Assembly: GCA_963831005.1 (NCBI GenBank)
Contig: CAWHOW010000045.1
Span: 9,878 to 73,877 of the forward strand
DNA: 64,000 nucleotides
Direction: 5' to 3'
From: an uncultured Bacteroidota bacterium
Lineage (GTDB): Bacteria; Bacteroidota; Bacteroidia; Bacteroidales; CG2-30-32-10
Each line of letters starts with the position of its first letter. Position 1 is the first letter of the stretch. A program made the translations under genes and the position numbers. A model generated the notes under the pieces. It did not search any database. It was not told the DNA's origin and worked only from the letters and a program-made list of their open reading frames with translations. Shown piece by piece: positions 1-9,536 of the stretch.

Positions 1-76
1 TTGAGACTGATGATGAAAGTATTCTTGTCAATATTAACACCAGAAAAGATTATCAAAAATATTTTAAATATAAATT

Positions 77-409
77 ATGAACATAGAAGAACTGCGTGAA
101 TACTGCATTTCAAAGAAAGGTGTTACTGAGAGTTTCCCTTTTGATAATGTAACTCTTGTATTTAAGGTTGTAGGGAAAATGTTTCTTCTCACCAATACAG
201 AAGGGGAGTTTTCAATAAATATAAAATGTGATCCTGAAAAAGCTATTTCCCTCAGAGAACATTATCCATGTGTGCTTCCCGGCTATCACATGGATAAGAA
301 ACATTGGAATACAGTGCTGATAGACGGAACAATTACTGATACGTTATTAAAAGAATGGATAGATGATTCGTATGATCTGATTGTAAAGAAGAATATAAAA
401 CGTAAATAG
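77..409 (+). CDS. MmcQ/YjbR family DNA-binding protein
   Basis: 110-aa ORF with ATG start. The N-terminal pattern EELREYCISKKGVTESFPF..LVFKV.GKMF and the overall length are typical of the YjbR/MmcQ family as I recall it. Confidence 0.75.
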   Translation: MNIEELREYCISKKGVTESFPFDNVTLVFKVVGKMFLLTNTEGEFSINIKCDPEKAISLREHYPCVLPGYHMDKKHWNTVLIDGTITDTLLKEWIDDSYDLIVKKNIKRK

Positions 410-434
410 CCCTGGATTGTTATTTGAATTTGGA

Positions 435-1700
435 ATGAAACGATTTCTTTTCATTATATTATTTTTGCCTTTACTTATTCATGCGAGTAGCAAAATCTAT
501 ACGCCTGAGCAAACAGATATAAAGCCCACCTTTATAGGAGGTGATACAGCTTTCTATAATTTTATAAATAATTTTACCGACGAAGAAGCTTACTTCGCAA
601 CGCCAAAAGGAGAGTATCCTCCAATTACTGTTTCCTTCATTATTGATTCAGTTGGTATTGTGCACAATTTAAAATGCATAAATAACCTGGGAAACTACTA
701 TGAAGGAAAAGTTTTAAATGCCTTGAACCACATGCCTAAATGGGTTCCGGGTAAAATAAATGGTGCAAATGTAAATGTAACAGAGATCATAGAAATTAAA
801 TATACCCTGCCTGGAACGGAGGTTTACAGGAATGAGTTTTGGTCACGTAAAACTTATCATAGCTTCGAATCGCAGAACGAACATGTTAATAATAACCATA
901 ACTCTTACTCAAATTCCTATTCAAATAATAATGCTTCAATACAATATACAAATACAAATCTTTTTGTAATGATGGTGGGATTTATCAGCCTGTTATTATC
1001 AGGTTCACTTGCCATACTGCCGGGTGTGCTTATCATTATGCTGGTGTTTTACTGGAGACGGAAAAGACCGGAACCTTTCAAAGTAATTGCAGCATATTTT
1101 ATTATGGGCGTTATCAGTATAGTTCCGTCAATTATGATTGAGAATTATTTTGACAGGGCGAATTATACTCTCATGGGAACCATTGCGGCATATTCAATAC
1201 TTGTTATCGGGCTTACTGAAGAAAGTTGGAAATTCCTTTTCCTGCGCACATTTGCTTACAGGAAGAAAAACCTTCGCGAACCTTATGATGGCATTCTTTA
1301 TTCTGTAATTATCGCTATGGGTTTTGCAACCGCCGAAAACATACTTTATACTTTTAAAGGTGGATCTAGCCTTGCTTTTATGAGGATGTTCACAGCAGTG
1401 CCCGCGCATGCCACATGTGCGGTGATGATGGGTTTCTTTTTAGGTATTGGTAAATTTAAGAAATTCTCATCTCTCTGGATGGTAGCAGGACTGGTCATTG
1501 CTGTTTTAACACATGGTATTTATGATTTCTTCCTGTTGCAAAAAGATTATCCTAACCTGAAATTGGCTACCTTTCTCTTCTTAATCGTATCTGTTATTTT
1601 CTCTGTAAGAGCTGCAATGATCGGTCGCAGGTATCATGTTCCCATACCTGTTGTGAATCAACTGGAGGAGCAAGAAGAATATACAAAAGACGGAATGTAG
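435..1700 (+). CDS. PrsW-family intramembrane protease with N-terminal TonB-C-like domain
   Basis: Signal/TM segment, then a TonB C-terminal-like module (KPTFIGGDTAFYNFINNF). The C-terminal multi-TM region carries EESWKF, ATAENILY, HATCAVMMGFF and HGIYDF motifs typical of PrsW proteases. ATG at 435 is preferred over TTG at 417. Confidence 0.7.
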   Translation: MKRFLFIILFLPLLIHASSKIYTPEQTDIKPTFIGGDTAFYNFINNFTDEEAYFATPKGEYPPITVSFIIDSVGIVHNLKCINNLGNYYEGKVLNALNHMPKWVPGKINGANVNVTEIIEIKYTLPGTEVYRNEFWSRKTYHSFESQNEHVNNNHNSYSNSYSNNNASIQYTNTNLFVMMVGFISLLLSGSLAILPGVLIIMLVFYWRRKRPEPFKVIAAYFIMGVISIVPSIMIENYFDRANYTLMGTIAAYSILVIGLTEESWKFLFLRTFAYRKKNLREPYDGILYSVIIAMGFATAENILYTFKGGSSLAFMRMFTAVPAHATCAVMMGFFLGIGKFKKFSSLWMVAGLVIAVLTHGIYDFFLLQKDYPNLKLATFLFLIVSVIFSVRAAMIGRRYHVPIPVVNQLEEQEEYTKDGM

Positions 1701-1728
1701 ATTATGTTAATTTTATTCTATGTCTTTA

Positions 1729-1794
1729 GATTGCTTCAGCCTCCTCTGTCGGCTTCGCAATGACGTCATTGCGAGGAGGAACGACGAAGCAATC
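1729..1794. repeat. REP-like imperfect palindrome (gattgcttc...cgcaatgacg / cgtcattgcgagg...gaagcaatc family)
   Basis: Inverted arms gattgcttc/gaagcaatc and cgcaatgacg/cgtcattgcg. The same element occurs again at 3970..4060. Intergenic, between convergent genes. Confidence 0.8.
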
Positions 1795-1846
1795 AATGTG
1801 TCTTCGTATTCTTTACTTATCAGTAGTTTATGCTTTTGAGGTAAAA

Positions 1847-2245
1847 CTATTTTTCGACTGTTACGAAAGTATTGAACTCCGGGGGGCTCATTACCTGCTT
1901 CTTCACTTTACATTTGCCTGCCACTTCGGCTAATGCATCCCTGTATTTTTCAGGAAAACTTTCAGGGACTATGATTTCAAGGCTTAATTTTGCTGCCAAT
2001 TGTGTGCTTTCATCGTATTCGGCTTTCTGAAATATCTTTATATTTTCTGTTGGCAGGTTCCTGTTATCGCAAAACGATTTTATGTAAATACCCGCACAGG
2101 TTGCCAGCGAAGCAAGGAACAGTTCGAAAGGTGAAGGCGCATCACTATTCCCGCCTGAATTAACCGGCTGGTCAGTCTTTACGATATAATCGCCAACTTT
2201 AGCATTTACGCCTTTCTTGCCTTCAAAAGAAACTTCAATTATCAT
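1847..2245 (-). CDS. OsmC family protein
   Basis: 132-aa ORF. The SPFELFLASLATCAGIY motif with its conserved Cys and the size fit the OsmC/Ohr fold family. Confidence 0.8.
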   Translation of the reverse strand: MIIEVSFEGKKGVNAKVGDYIVKTDQPVNSGGNSDAPSPFELFLASLATCAGIYIKSFCDNRNLPTENIKIFQKAEYDESTQLAAKLSLEIIVPESFPEKYRDALAEVAGKCKVKKQVMSPPEFNTFVTVEK

Positions 2246-2282
2246 GGTTTGAAATATTAAATTGCTTTATACTCTTTAAATA

Positions 2283-2645
2283 TCATTCTTCTGCTGTTCC
2301 CAGTAATATTTCGTTTATGGCCTGTATGAATGCTTCTTTAGGCAAAGCTCCGGCTGCCATTTGCGGTTTGCCTGATTTCGGAATAAAGAGTATGGAAGGT
2401 ATGCTTTGAATGCCAAATATTGCCGCCAGTTCCTGTTCTGCTTCGGTATCCACTTCAAATATGTCAACTTTTCCTTTGTATTCCTGCGAAAGTTCTTCCA
2501 TTATTGGAGCTACCATTTTGCATGGTCCGCACCAGTCGGCATAGAAATCCACTATGCAAGGTTTGTCGCCTTCAAATTTCCACTCTTTGTTTATTTCAAA
2601 ATTAAATACTTTTTGCTTGAATGTATCCAGCGTTAAATGTTCCAT
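2283..2645 (-). CDS. thioredoxin
   Basis: 120-aa ORF with the canonical WCGPC active site and thioredoxin-fold flanks (DFYADWCGPCKMVAP...IQSIPSILF). Confidence 0.9.
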   Translation of the reverse strand: MEHLTLDTFKQKVFNFEINKEWKFEGDKPCIVDFYADWCGPCKMVAPIMEELSQEYKGKVDIFEVDTEAEQELAAIFGIQSIPSILFIPKSGKPQMAAGALPKEAFIQAINEILLGTAEE

Positions 2646-2707
2646 TTCGTCAAGAGTTTTAGTTTAATAAATTCAATAATTGAGTATATGTATATTTTAA
2701 AAATTCA

Positions 2708-3352
2708 TTATTTTAATTGACTGGTAATGGCTCCGAGCAGATCCTCCTTTGAAGTGAAGCCTGTAAATTGTTTAACAATCCTTCCGTCTTTAAAAATGAT
2801 CAAAGCCGGGATATATTGGATATTGTATCTAGTGGCAATATCTTTGTTCTGATCAATATCCATTTTGCATATCTTCGCCCTGCTTCCAATCTCATTATTC
2901 ACTTCTTCCACTATCGGCGCTTCCATCCGGCACGGCTTACACCATGTTGCCCAAATATCAACCAGTGTAACGCCCGATTTTATTGTTGCATCAAAGGCAT
3001 CTGAATTAAGTGCAATTACTGAATTATGCACCGGCGATGAAGGCTGTGTTGTTTTTGACTGCTGCTGATTGGAAGTATTGCCTGTATTATTGCTGTTTTG
3101 CTGTGTGTTTTGTGTTGACTTTATTTGTTCTGTTGGTTTGTCTGCCGAAGCGGTATCTCCCGCGTTCTGATTATCAGTTTTAGCCGGGTTATCCTTATCC
3201 GATACTTTAGCATTGGAATTATTTGCAATTGTATCACCGGCTTGCTTTTCATTTTTATCGCCATTTCCGGCGCATGAAATATTAGCTGTAATCACTATTA
3301 CAGAAAAAAGGAATAATAAAAGGTACGCGATGCTTTGCTTTACTGATCTCAT
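2708..3352 (-). CDS. thioredoxin-domain lipoprotein with low-complexity N/Q/T-rich linker
   Basis: Signal peptide with lipobox-like ANISC, a long polar low-complexity linker, and a C-terminal thioredoxin fold with a WCKPC active site. Confidence 0.75.
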   Translation of the reverse strand: MRSVKQSIAYLLLFLFSVIVITANISCAGNGDKNEKQAGDTIANNSNAKVSDKDNPAKTDNQNAGDTASADKPTEQIKSTQNTQQNSNNTGNTSNQQQSKTTQPSSPVHNSVIALNSDAFDATIKSGVTLVDIWATWCKPCRMEAPIVEEVNNEIGSRAKICKMDIDQNKDIATRYNIQYIPALIIFKDGRIVKQFTGFTSKEDLLGAITSQLK

Positions 3353-3521
3353 TTTTTAGTTTTTATTTTTAATATTATAACTTGTTCTTTAACGAAGTTC
3401 TATGCTTTTATCCATTTAACTGTATTTGCTGAATACTTATGCAAAGTTAAGGATAAACAGGCAGGTGAACAAAATGATTATACCAATAATTAACAATAAT
3501 TTAGTAAATATTTAAGCAAAA

Positions 3522-3899
3522 CTGATGATTTGGTAGGCAATATTGAAGATAACTGAAACAACAATAATGATAATCTCTGCAAAAAGGATAACCCGACACT
3601 GATTGTTGATGATAACCACAGCTAATTTGATGATTACCGTAAAGTATTTGATGATAACCACCTGTAATTTGATAAATACCATACGGTAATTGATAAATAC
3701 TGTACGGTACTTAATGAATACTGTACGGTAATTGATAACAACCGTTCGGTACTTAATGAATACCGTTCGGTATTTGATGACAATAACTGCAAAAATGATA
3801 AATCGGCTTCAATTATTGATGACAACCGAAGCCGAATTGATAAATTACCACTGATTATTGATGACTATCGTTCGGTATTAAATAACAATAGCGCCATAC
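3522..3899. repeat. 21-bp-phased degenerate tandem array 1 (18 units, core TTGATGAtAAC)
   Basis: Units start at 3522, 3543 ... 3879 with exact 21-nt spacing and no indels. Examples: ttgatgataaccacagctaat, ttgatgattaccgtaaagtat, ttgataaatactgtacggtac. The core contains TGA TGA TAA, so all + frames are closed; the longest - ORF is 63 aa. Confidence 0.85.
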
Positions 3900-3920
3900 T
3901 TTAAAAATATGGCGCTATTG
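3886..3920. terminator. strong hairpin (13-bp stem), possible terminator
   Basis: caatagcgccata / tatggcgctattg around the loop ctttaaaaa, with modest T-rich sequence on both sides. It could terminate the minus-strand gene 4070..4741 or a plus-strand transcript of array 1. Confidence 0.45.
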
Positions 3921-3969
3921 TTTACGAATATATCTTAAAAAGAAATGAGTGTATTTAAACAGAAGCCTC

Positions 3970-4060
3970 CATTGCGAGCTTGAATCCGTCATTGCGAGGA
4001 GGAACGACGAAGCAATCTTATCAATGAATTAAAGATTGCTTCACTTCGTTCGCAATGACG
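3970..4060. repeat. REP-like palindrome, second copy of the cattgcgagg/gaagcaatc family
   Basis: cgtcattgcgaggaggaacgacgaagcaatc, a loop, then gattgcttcacttcgttcgcaatgacg. Shares about 30 nt almost exactly with 1764..1794. Confidence 0.8.
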
Positions 4061-4069
4061 ATAAAAAAT

Positions 4070-4741
4070 TTAGTTTACCCTTACATTAACACTTACTGTC
4101 CATGCAGTTCTGAGGCCATGGGTAAGCATCTGCCTGTTTTGAAAGTAATAAACAACTCCTGAAGTTAAGCCAGTCACGGTTTGTTTCTGTGTCCTGCTCG
4201 ATTCACATGGAATCCATGTTTTATTGTCCGTGCTCATTTGAAAATCATGAGGACCCGGGCCTTCGCCAACCAAATCAACAGTACCTGCAACAGTACCATT
4301 TTTAGCTGTACTCTTACGTTTACCTCCATTATTCTCATCTTTTGCTTTCATTCCCGCATCGTGGATTATTTCAAGTGCACTTGCCGGCGAAGCGTCAGCC
4401 AAAATCTGAACGTCGGCTTTCAATGCCCGAAGATTATCTTTAACATCATTCCATGAAGTGTTCCTGTCGGCAGTTGTCTTTGTCGGAGGCTTGGTTTTAG
4501 AAGCGGTCTGATTAGTAATAAGCGCTGCCAGGTTTGTTGCAAGCGTGGCAAGTTTAGCTGCCGAAGCCGAATAAACAGTGCTTGCCGACATTGAATTGTG
4601 AATGGTTCCGGCATACTCAATTAATGCCTGAACTTTTGTAGGCATATCAAGCACTACTATAACCCTTTTAATTACCACCTTAATTGGTTTCGAAATTGCG
4701 ATCAAAAAGATCACCCTGATTAATTTTGCTATTGTTTTCAT
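4070..4741 (-). CDS. hypothetical protein, N-terminal hydrophobic anchor and C-terminal FN3-like beta-sandwich
   Basis: 223-aa ORF. The C-terminus (MSTDNKTWIPCESS..QTVTGLTSGVVYYFQNR...WTVSVNV) looks FN3-like. An alternative ATG lies at 4645. The first about 33 codons are conserved with the small ORF at 39545. Confidence 0.6.
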   Translation of the reverse strand: MKTIAKLIRVIFLIAISKPIKVVIKRVIVVLDMPTKVQALIEYAGTIHNSMSASTVYSASAAKLATLATNLAALITNQTASKTKPPTKTTADRNTSWNDVKDNLRALKADVQILADASPASALEIIHDAGMKAKDENNGGKRKSTAKNGTVAGTVDLVGEGPGPHDFQMSTDNKTWIPCESSRTQKQTVTGLTSGVVYYFQNRQMLTHGLRTAWTVSVNVRVN

Positions 4742-5030
4742 GGTTTTTTGATTTAGAAATTTATAAATACTTTTTTTAATTATATCTTGCGCTTTCCAAA
4801 ACCCGTGCCAAAATATTTAGATGTTAAATATTTTAAGGATTTTTATAGTTTTGTTGAGAAAATAAAATTATTGATTACCAAAATAAGAAGCTAATAAGAG
4901 CGAGGTATATAAGCCTGTAGAAGGAAATTGTATATTTGCTTATATGAAATAAGTATGTTTGTATATGTATGCTTATCAGAAGACGAACGCTAATCAAAAT
5001 AATTTATTCAAATTGTGATTTATTGGTACA

Positions 5031-5849
5031 ATGACAAAGATTATAAACCTTCAATCGAAAATAGAACTAATAGAAAATTATAATCTTAAACTTCGCTTTA
5101 CAGTTGAAGATTTGGAGGAATTTAATGTAGTCTTGTTGCGAATGATTTCCGATCTGGCATTTAGTAATAAATTGGAGGAAACTGCTAATAAAATGATACC
5201 AGGTGAAGCAATAACAGTAACAAATGAAATGCTTTCAAGTACTGGAGACAACAACATTGACCAATTATTGGAAATTAGAGATTTAATAGATGAAACAACA
5301 AATCGCTTAAGACAAGAAAACAACATTAAATTTAAACATAGAGAAATTTATATTCCTGCACAAAATGTAAGATATGCATTGGGTAATTTGAGTTATAATA
5401 ATTTTGTAATATTTGGAATTAACCCAAGTAAAGCGACTAATGTTATACCCGATCTTACTATTTCAAAAATAAAAACATTTGCTGAAAATGAGCATTGTGA
5501 TGGATGGTTAATGCTTAACTTATATCCGCAAATTGCTACTAACCCTAAATGTCTGGATAATGAATTAAATGAGAGTTATCATGAAAGTAATCTTAAAATA
5601 ATTCATGACCTTTTCAAAGAACTTGGGCCTCAACCAGAAATATTTGCGGGTTGGGGAAATTTAATAAAATCAAGGAGTTATTTCAAGAAATGTTTAAAAG
5701 ATATTTATGAAATTACAAAGCAATATAATCCAATGTGGTTGCATTTCGATACTTTAACGAATGATGGACATCCAAAGCATCCTTCAAGATTAGGATATGA
5801 AGTTAAAAAATTTGAATTTGACATTGAGACATATATAAACAACCTTTAA
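5031..5849 (+). CDS. DUF1643-like domain protein with N-terminal extension
   Basis: The C-terminal half (FVIFGINPSKA...GWLMLNLYPQ...AGWGN...HPKHPSRLGY) matches my recollection of DUF1643. It lies in a visibly AT-richer island. Confidence 0.5.
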   Translation: MTKIINLQSKIELIENYNLKLRFTVEDLEEFNVVLLRMISDLAFSNKLEETANKMIPGEAITVTNEMLSSTGDNNIDQLLEIRDLIDETTNRLRQENNIKFKHREIYIPAQNVRYALGNLSYNNFVIFGINPSKATNVIPDLTISKIKTFAENEHCDGWLMLNLYPQIATNPKCLDNELNESYHESNLKIIHDLFKELGPQPEIFAGWGNLIKSRSYFKKCLKDIYEITKQYNPMWLHFDTLTNDGHPKHPSRLGYEVKKFEFDIETYINNL

Positions 5850-5863
5850 AGAAATTATTAAAT

Positions 5864-6601
5864 ATGAATGAAAATATGGTGATAACAATAGAACCTTATC
5901 TCAGTAGATTAACGGAGTTAGTTTGTATTAAAATTAATTCCTATTTCAAAGATAAAGAAGGTAAGGAAGAAGAAATGATTAAAAAGCATTTCATAGATCG
6001 TATTGATGATTCTAAGAATAAAAAACAATTTGCAAATTTTCAAAAATATTATTTTGAAACATTAGAAGATAAGAAAAACTTTTATTCAACTAATTTTTTG
6101 AAGAAATTTATACATCAATATAGAATACAGGGTATTGACGGAGGAACTATAAAACGACTTGATAACAATAAAGAAAAGAAAGATGAAATATTAAAACTAA
6201 TAGAATCGAATCAACTTTCGGATCTTTATTTTAATCACTTTGCAAATGTTGAAATCAATCGTAAAGATAAGATTAAAGAAAAAAACTTAGGTTCTTTTTT
6301 TACTAAAATTGTTCATACGTTTAAACCTGACGACTATACACCTTTGGACATTCCATTGAGAAAATATTTTGATTTAGAAGATGAAAGTTATTTAGTTTCA
6401 TTTATTGTCGTTAGTAATGCTTATAAAAAATGGGCTAATGAGATTGACAATAACGAAAGACTGAAAAGTCTAAGAAAAGAATTAAAAGATGCTGATAAAA
6501 ATAATTTAATACAACACAGTAGAGTTACTGATATGAAGCTTTTAAATCTTATATTTTGGTCAGTAGCAGATAATGAAATGAAAAAAAGAAAAGGCAGTTA
6601 A
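5864..6601 (+). CDS. hypothetical protein (K/E/N-rich)
   Basis: 245-aa ORF starting 15 nt after the preceding gene, so probably co-transcribed. No family recognised. Confidence 0.5.
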   Translation: MNENMVITIEPYLSRLTELVCIKINSYFKDKEGKEEEMIKKHFIDRIDDSKNKKQFANFQKYYFETLEDKKNFYSTNFLKKFIHQYRIQGIDGGTIKRLDNNKEKKDEILKLIESNQLSDLYFNHFANVEINRKDKIKEKNLGSFFTKIVHTFKPDDYTPLDIPLRKYFDLEDESYLVSFIVVSNAYKKWANEIDNNERLKSLRKELKDADKNNLIQHSRVTDMKLLNLIFWSVADNEMKKRKGS

Positions 6602-7004
6602 TAGGAACATTAAAATGGAAAGAAGAAATTTGTAATAGAATGGTTCAATCATAAGTTATCTACTTCTTCAATTTCTCTGTGTCCCTCCGTGCCTTCTCAA
6701 TGCCCTCTGTGGTTAAACTTATTTTACACTCGCCACATTAAGTTTTATCAGAAAACGCTAAAAGGCACATTCAGTAGATAAAACGTTCAAAATAAAATCA
6801 TCTAAATCATTACCCCAACGAATTACGAATCATGCACGAACTTACGATTTACGGGAGTGGCAAAGGATTCGTACTTCGTAAGTTCGTATTTTTATTCGTA
6901 CTTCGTTGTAATGCCCGGGCGAAGTTATATTAGGAGTTCTGCAAAATCAAAACAAAACATTGTTAAGTAGTTTATTCCCGCCTTGCATGGAATTAAATTT
7001 TATT

Positions 7005-7012
7005 TACATTTG
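7005..7012 (+). promoter_or_regulatory. candidate Bacteroidota -7 box (TAnnTTTG)
   Basis: TACATTTG lies 25 nt upstream of the ATG at 7037 and matches the published Bacteroidetes sigma-A -7 consensus. Confidence 0.4.
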
Positions 7013-7036
7013 CCCCACTAACTAAAAAACACAACA

Positions 7037-8467
7037 ATGATAGAAAAAACTAAAAGATTGTTCGTTCATACTGCCGGTGGCAGATGGCTTGCATTATTAT
7101 TTGTTTCCATAGCCATGTTTGCCGGGTATTTTATTGGCGATGTAATGTCGCCGCTTCAGGATGAATTATCAAAAGTACTATCATGGGATGCATCAGAATT
7201 CGGTTTGTTTAATGGAGCGTATGCATGGTTTAATGTGTTCCTATTCTTTTTGATATTCGGCGGTTTTATCTTGGATAAGAAAGGTGTGCGTTTTACGGGA
7301 ATAATGTCTATTCTTATTATGGCAATAGGTACTGTCCTGATATACTGGGCCATTACTACCCACTCACTCGACGGACAAAGCTGGAACCTGTTGTTTGGAT
7401 CCTTTAAAGCACAAGTGTGGATTGCATCTATAGGGTATGCTATTTTCGGTGTCGGACTCGAGATTGCAGGTATTACTGTTTCAAAAATTGTTGTTATATG
7501 GTTCGAAGGCCGATCCATGGCATTGGCTATGGGTTTACAATTGTCCTTAGCTCGCTTGGGAACTACTCTGGCATTGTCATCTCCCTTATATATTATCAGC
7601 TATACCGGCAAAATTTCATCGCCTGTTTTTGTCAGCATTATCATGTTGGCTTTAGGATTGATTACATTTATCGCGTTTGCCGTAATGGACAAATCATTAG
7701 AGAAATCCAAAGCTTCTGCTAAAGAAGGATCAGGTAATCCGGAAGATGAGTTCCGTATAAAAGATATATGGGATATCATGAGAAACAAAGCATGGTGGTA
7801 CATTTCAATCTTATGTGTGTTGTTTTATTCCACTGTATTTCCATTTTTAAAATATGCTACCAACTTATTTCATAACAAATATGGTTTCAATGATAGTGAT
7901 GGTAGTACTATTGCAAGTTTGGTAACTTTTGGCTGCATTCTTTTTACTCCTATTTTCGGTGGGATTTATGACAGAAAAGGGAAAGGGGCTACCATTATGA
8001 TCATTGGTTCTTTCATTGTATTCTTTGCACACATGATGTTTCGATTGCCTTTTATCAATATAGATTCCAGTGTCGCGCTAAAATGGATTACGGCTGTTAC
8101 CATGGTGGTGCTGATAGGTGTTGGCTTTTCACTTGTACCCTGCGCTATGTGGCCTTCATTCCCTAAAATAATTCCTCATAAACAATTAGGGACAGCTTAT
8201 GCCCTTACCTTTTGGCTGCAGAACCTGGTGGCTTTATGGGCATTGCCTACAGCCATTGGCGTTATTCTTGATAAATTTTGCAAAGCAGGATTCGAAGTTG
8301 TTGATGGCGCAAAAGTTCAGTTATATGATTATACGCTGCCAATGTATCTTTTCATGTCAATAGGTATCCTTGCGATTATATTTTCTTTCCTGTTAAAACG
8401 CGAAGACAGGAAAAAAGGCTATGGACTTGAACTACCGAATATAAAAAAGAAAGAAGTTCCTGCTTAA
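7037..8467 (+). CDS. MFS transporter (paralog 1)
   Basis: 476 aa with about 12 predicted hydrophobic segments. Clearly paralogous along its full length to 9769..11172. Confidence 0.85.
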   Translation: MIEKTKRLFVHTAGGRWLALLFVSIAMFAGYFIGDVMSPLQDELSKVLSWDASEFGLFNGAYAWFNVFLFFLIFGGFILDKKGVRFTGIMSILIMAIGTVLIYWAITTHSLDGQSWNLLFGSFKAQVWIASIGYAIFGVGLEIAGITVSKIVVIWFEGRSMALAMGLQLSLARLGTTLALSSPLYIISYTGKISSPVFVSIIMLALGLITFIAFAVMDKSLEKSKASAKEGSGNPEDEFRIKDIWDIMRNKAWWYISILCVLFYSTVFPFLKYATNLFHNKYGFNDSDGSTIASLVTFGCILFTPIFGGIYDRKGKGATIMIIGSFIVFFAHMMFRLPFINIDSSVALKWITAVTMVVLIGVGFSLVPCAMWPSFPKIIPHKQLGTAYALTFWLQNLVALWALPTAIGVILDKFCKAGFEVVDGAKVQLYDYTLPMYLFMSIGILAIIFSFLLKREDRKKGYGLELPNIKKKEVPA

Positions 8468-8488
8468 TTACATATAGCTAATATAGAA

Positions 8489-8520
8489 TAAGGCGTCAGT
8501 GATGACGCCTTATTTATTTA
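8489..8520 (+). terminator. rho-independent terminator
   Basis: aaggcgtca gtga tgacgcctt followed by T-rich sequence, about 20 nt after the stop codon. Confidence 0.7.
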
Positions 8521-8557
8521 TTGCAAATATTTAACTAATGTGATGCACATTTATTTA

Positions 8558-9531
8558 TAATTAATTCAAGTTGCTACTTATAAATACAGAGCCTTATTAA
8601 AAGTAAAGCTCCAAATAAATAATTTTAATTTCAATAAAAAACCTTTAATTGAAGTTGCATGAATTCGTTTAGGAAACCAAGCAGTAATCTGAGAGAAAGT
8701 GTTTTCAATTACTTTTCTCATTACATTTTTATAAAATGTTCTGTAAAACGGTTCTTTTCTTTTGCTGTTAGATTTTCTAACCACATCTATCCAAACATTC
8801 TCGCATTCCAACATCAAATCCTCTACAACATAATCCGTATATCCGCTATCACTAATATTTCTACTTCCTTCAGGAAGATTCATCGACAATGCTTTCATGC
8901 CTCTGCAATCGCTCCAACTTCCAGGAACAATGGCAAACTCAACAGGGCAACCATTAATTGTAGCAATGACTTGAATTTTAAAACCATAAAAATACTCTCG
9001 TTTCGAAACACATTTTCCATGATATTCTTTATCGTATGGAATAAGGTTATTTCCTGCTATACGTATATTATGACAAAGATTAACAGGAAAACTATCCATA
9101 ACATATTCCATGCTTGTATTAAATTCTTTAAAGGTATCTCCAACAGAAAGAAATATTTGGTGCATCAAATCTTCAATGGCATGCAAACGCCTGTTAAATC
9201 TGCTTTTCCCCAGTACAAATTTAAACAAGCCGCTTTCTTTTACGTATTGCAATGCTTTTTCGTAATGCCCACCAAAACTTTTTGCGGCTATAAAACCAAT
9301 AAGCATTATTTCAGCATCATTCATTTGTCTTTGTTTATCTTCTTTATGTTCGATTTTTTTCAAAAAATCATAAATAAAACAGTAAATTGCAATCGCATTG
9401 TCTATCATGGCTTCGATATGGTTTGGTTGGAACCACCATTATCGGAAGTTTCCGTTGATAGACTTTGCTCTTTTTAATATTTTTATCAATAATCATTTGT
9501 TGATATCATAGGTGGCAACTTAAATTAATTA
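8558..9531 (-). mobile_element. IS982-family insertion sequence (about 0.97 kb)
   Basis: Terminal inverted repeats taattaattcaagttgctac (left) and gtggcaacttaaattaatta (right) match at 18 of 20 positions. They enclose a single DDE transposase ORF. Confidence 0.8.
8578..9408 (-). CDS. IS982-family DDE transposase
   Basis: 276-aa ORF. The N-terminal IYCFIYDFLKK and the later DSGY.D...E and KVIENTFSQI patterns resemble IS982 transposases. Confidence 0.8.
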   Translation of the reverse strand: MIDNAIAIYCFIYDFLKKIEHKEDKQRQMNDAEIMLIGFIAAKSFGGHYEKALQYVKESGLFKFVLGKSRFNRRLHAIEDLMHQIFLSVGDTFKEFNTSMEYVMDSFPVNLCHNIRIAGNNLIPYDKEYHGKCVSKREYFYGFKIQVIATINGCPVEFAIVPGSWSDCRGMKALSMNLPEGSRNISDSGYTDYVVEDLMLECENVWIDVVRKSNSKRKEPFYRTFYKNVMRKVIENTFSQITAWFPKRIHATSIKGFLLKLKLFIWSFTFNKALYL

Positions 9532-9536
9532 ACTAT

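Noticed and set aside
6602-7036. tRNA or other small RNA gene in the 430-bp spacer; the spacers at 17711..18171 and 38765..38926 were checked too
   Set aside because: No T-loop (GGTTCGAATCC-like) or cloverleaf-compatible segments were seen. The region contains only REP-like palindromes (acgaacttacg/cgtaagttcgt) and short direct repeats.
8659-9477. 272-aa + strand ORF overlapping the IS982 transposase
   Set aside because: It is antisense to a transposase ORF with recognisable family motifs. Its product is low-complexity and F/I/N-rich, as expected from the AT-rich antisense strand.
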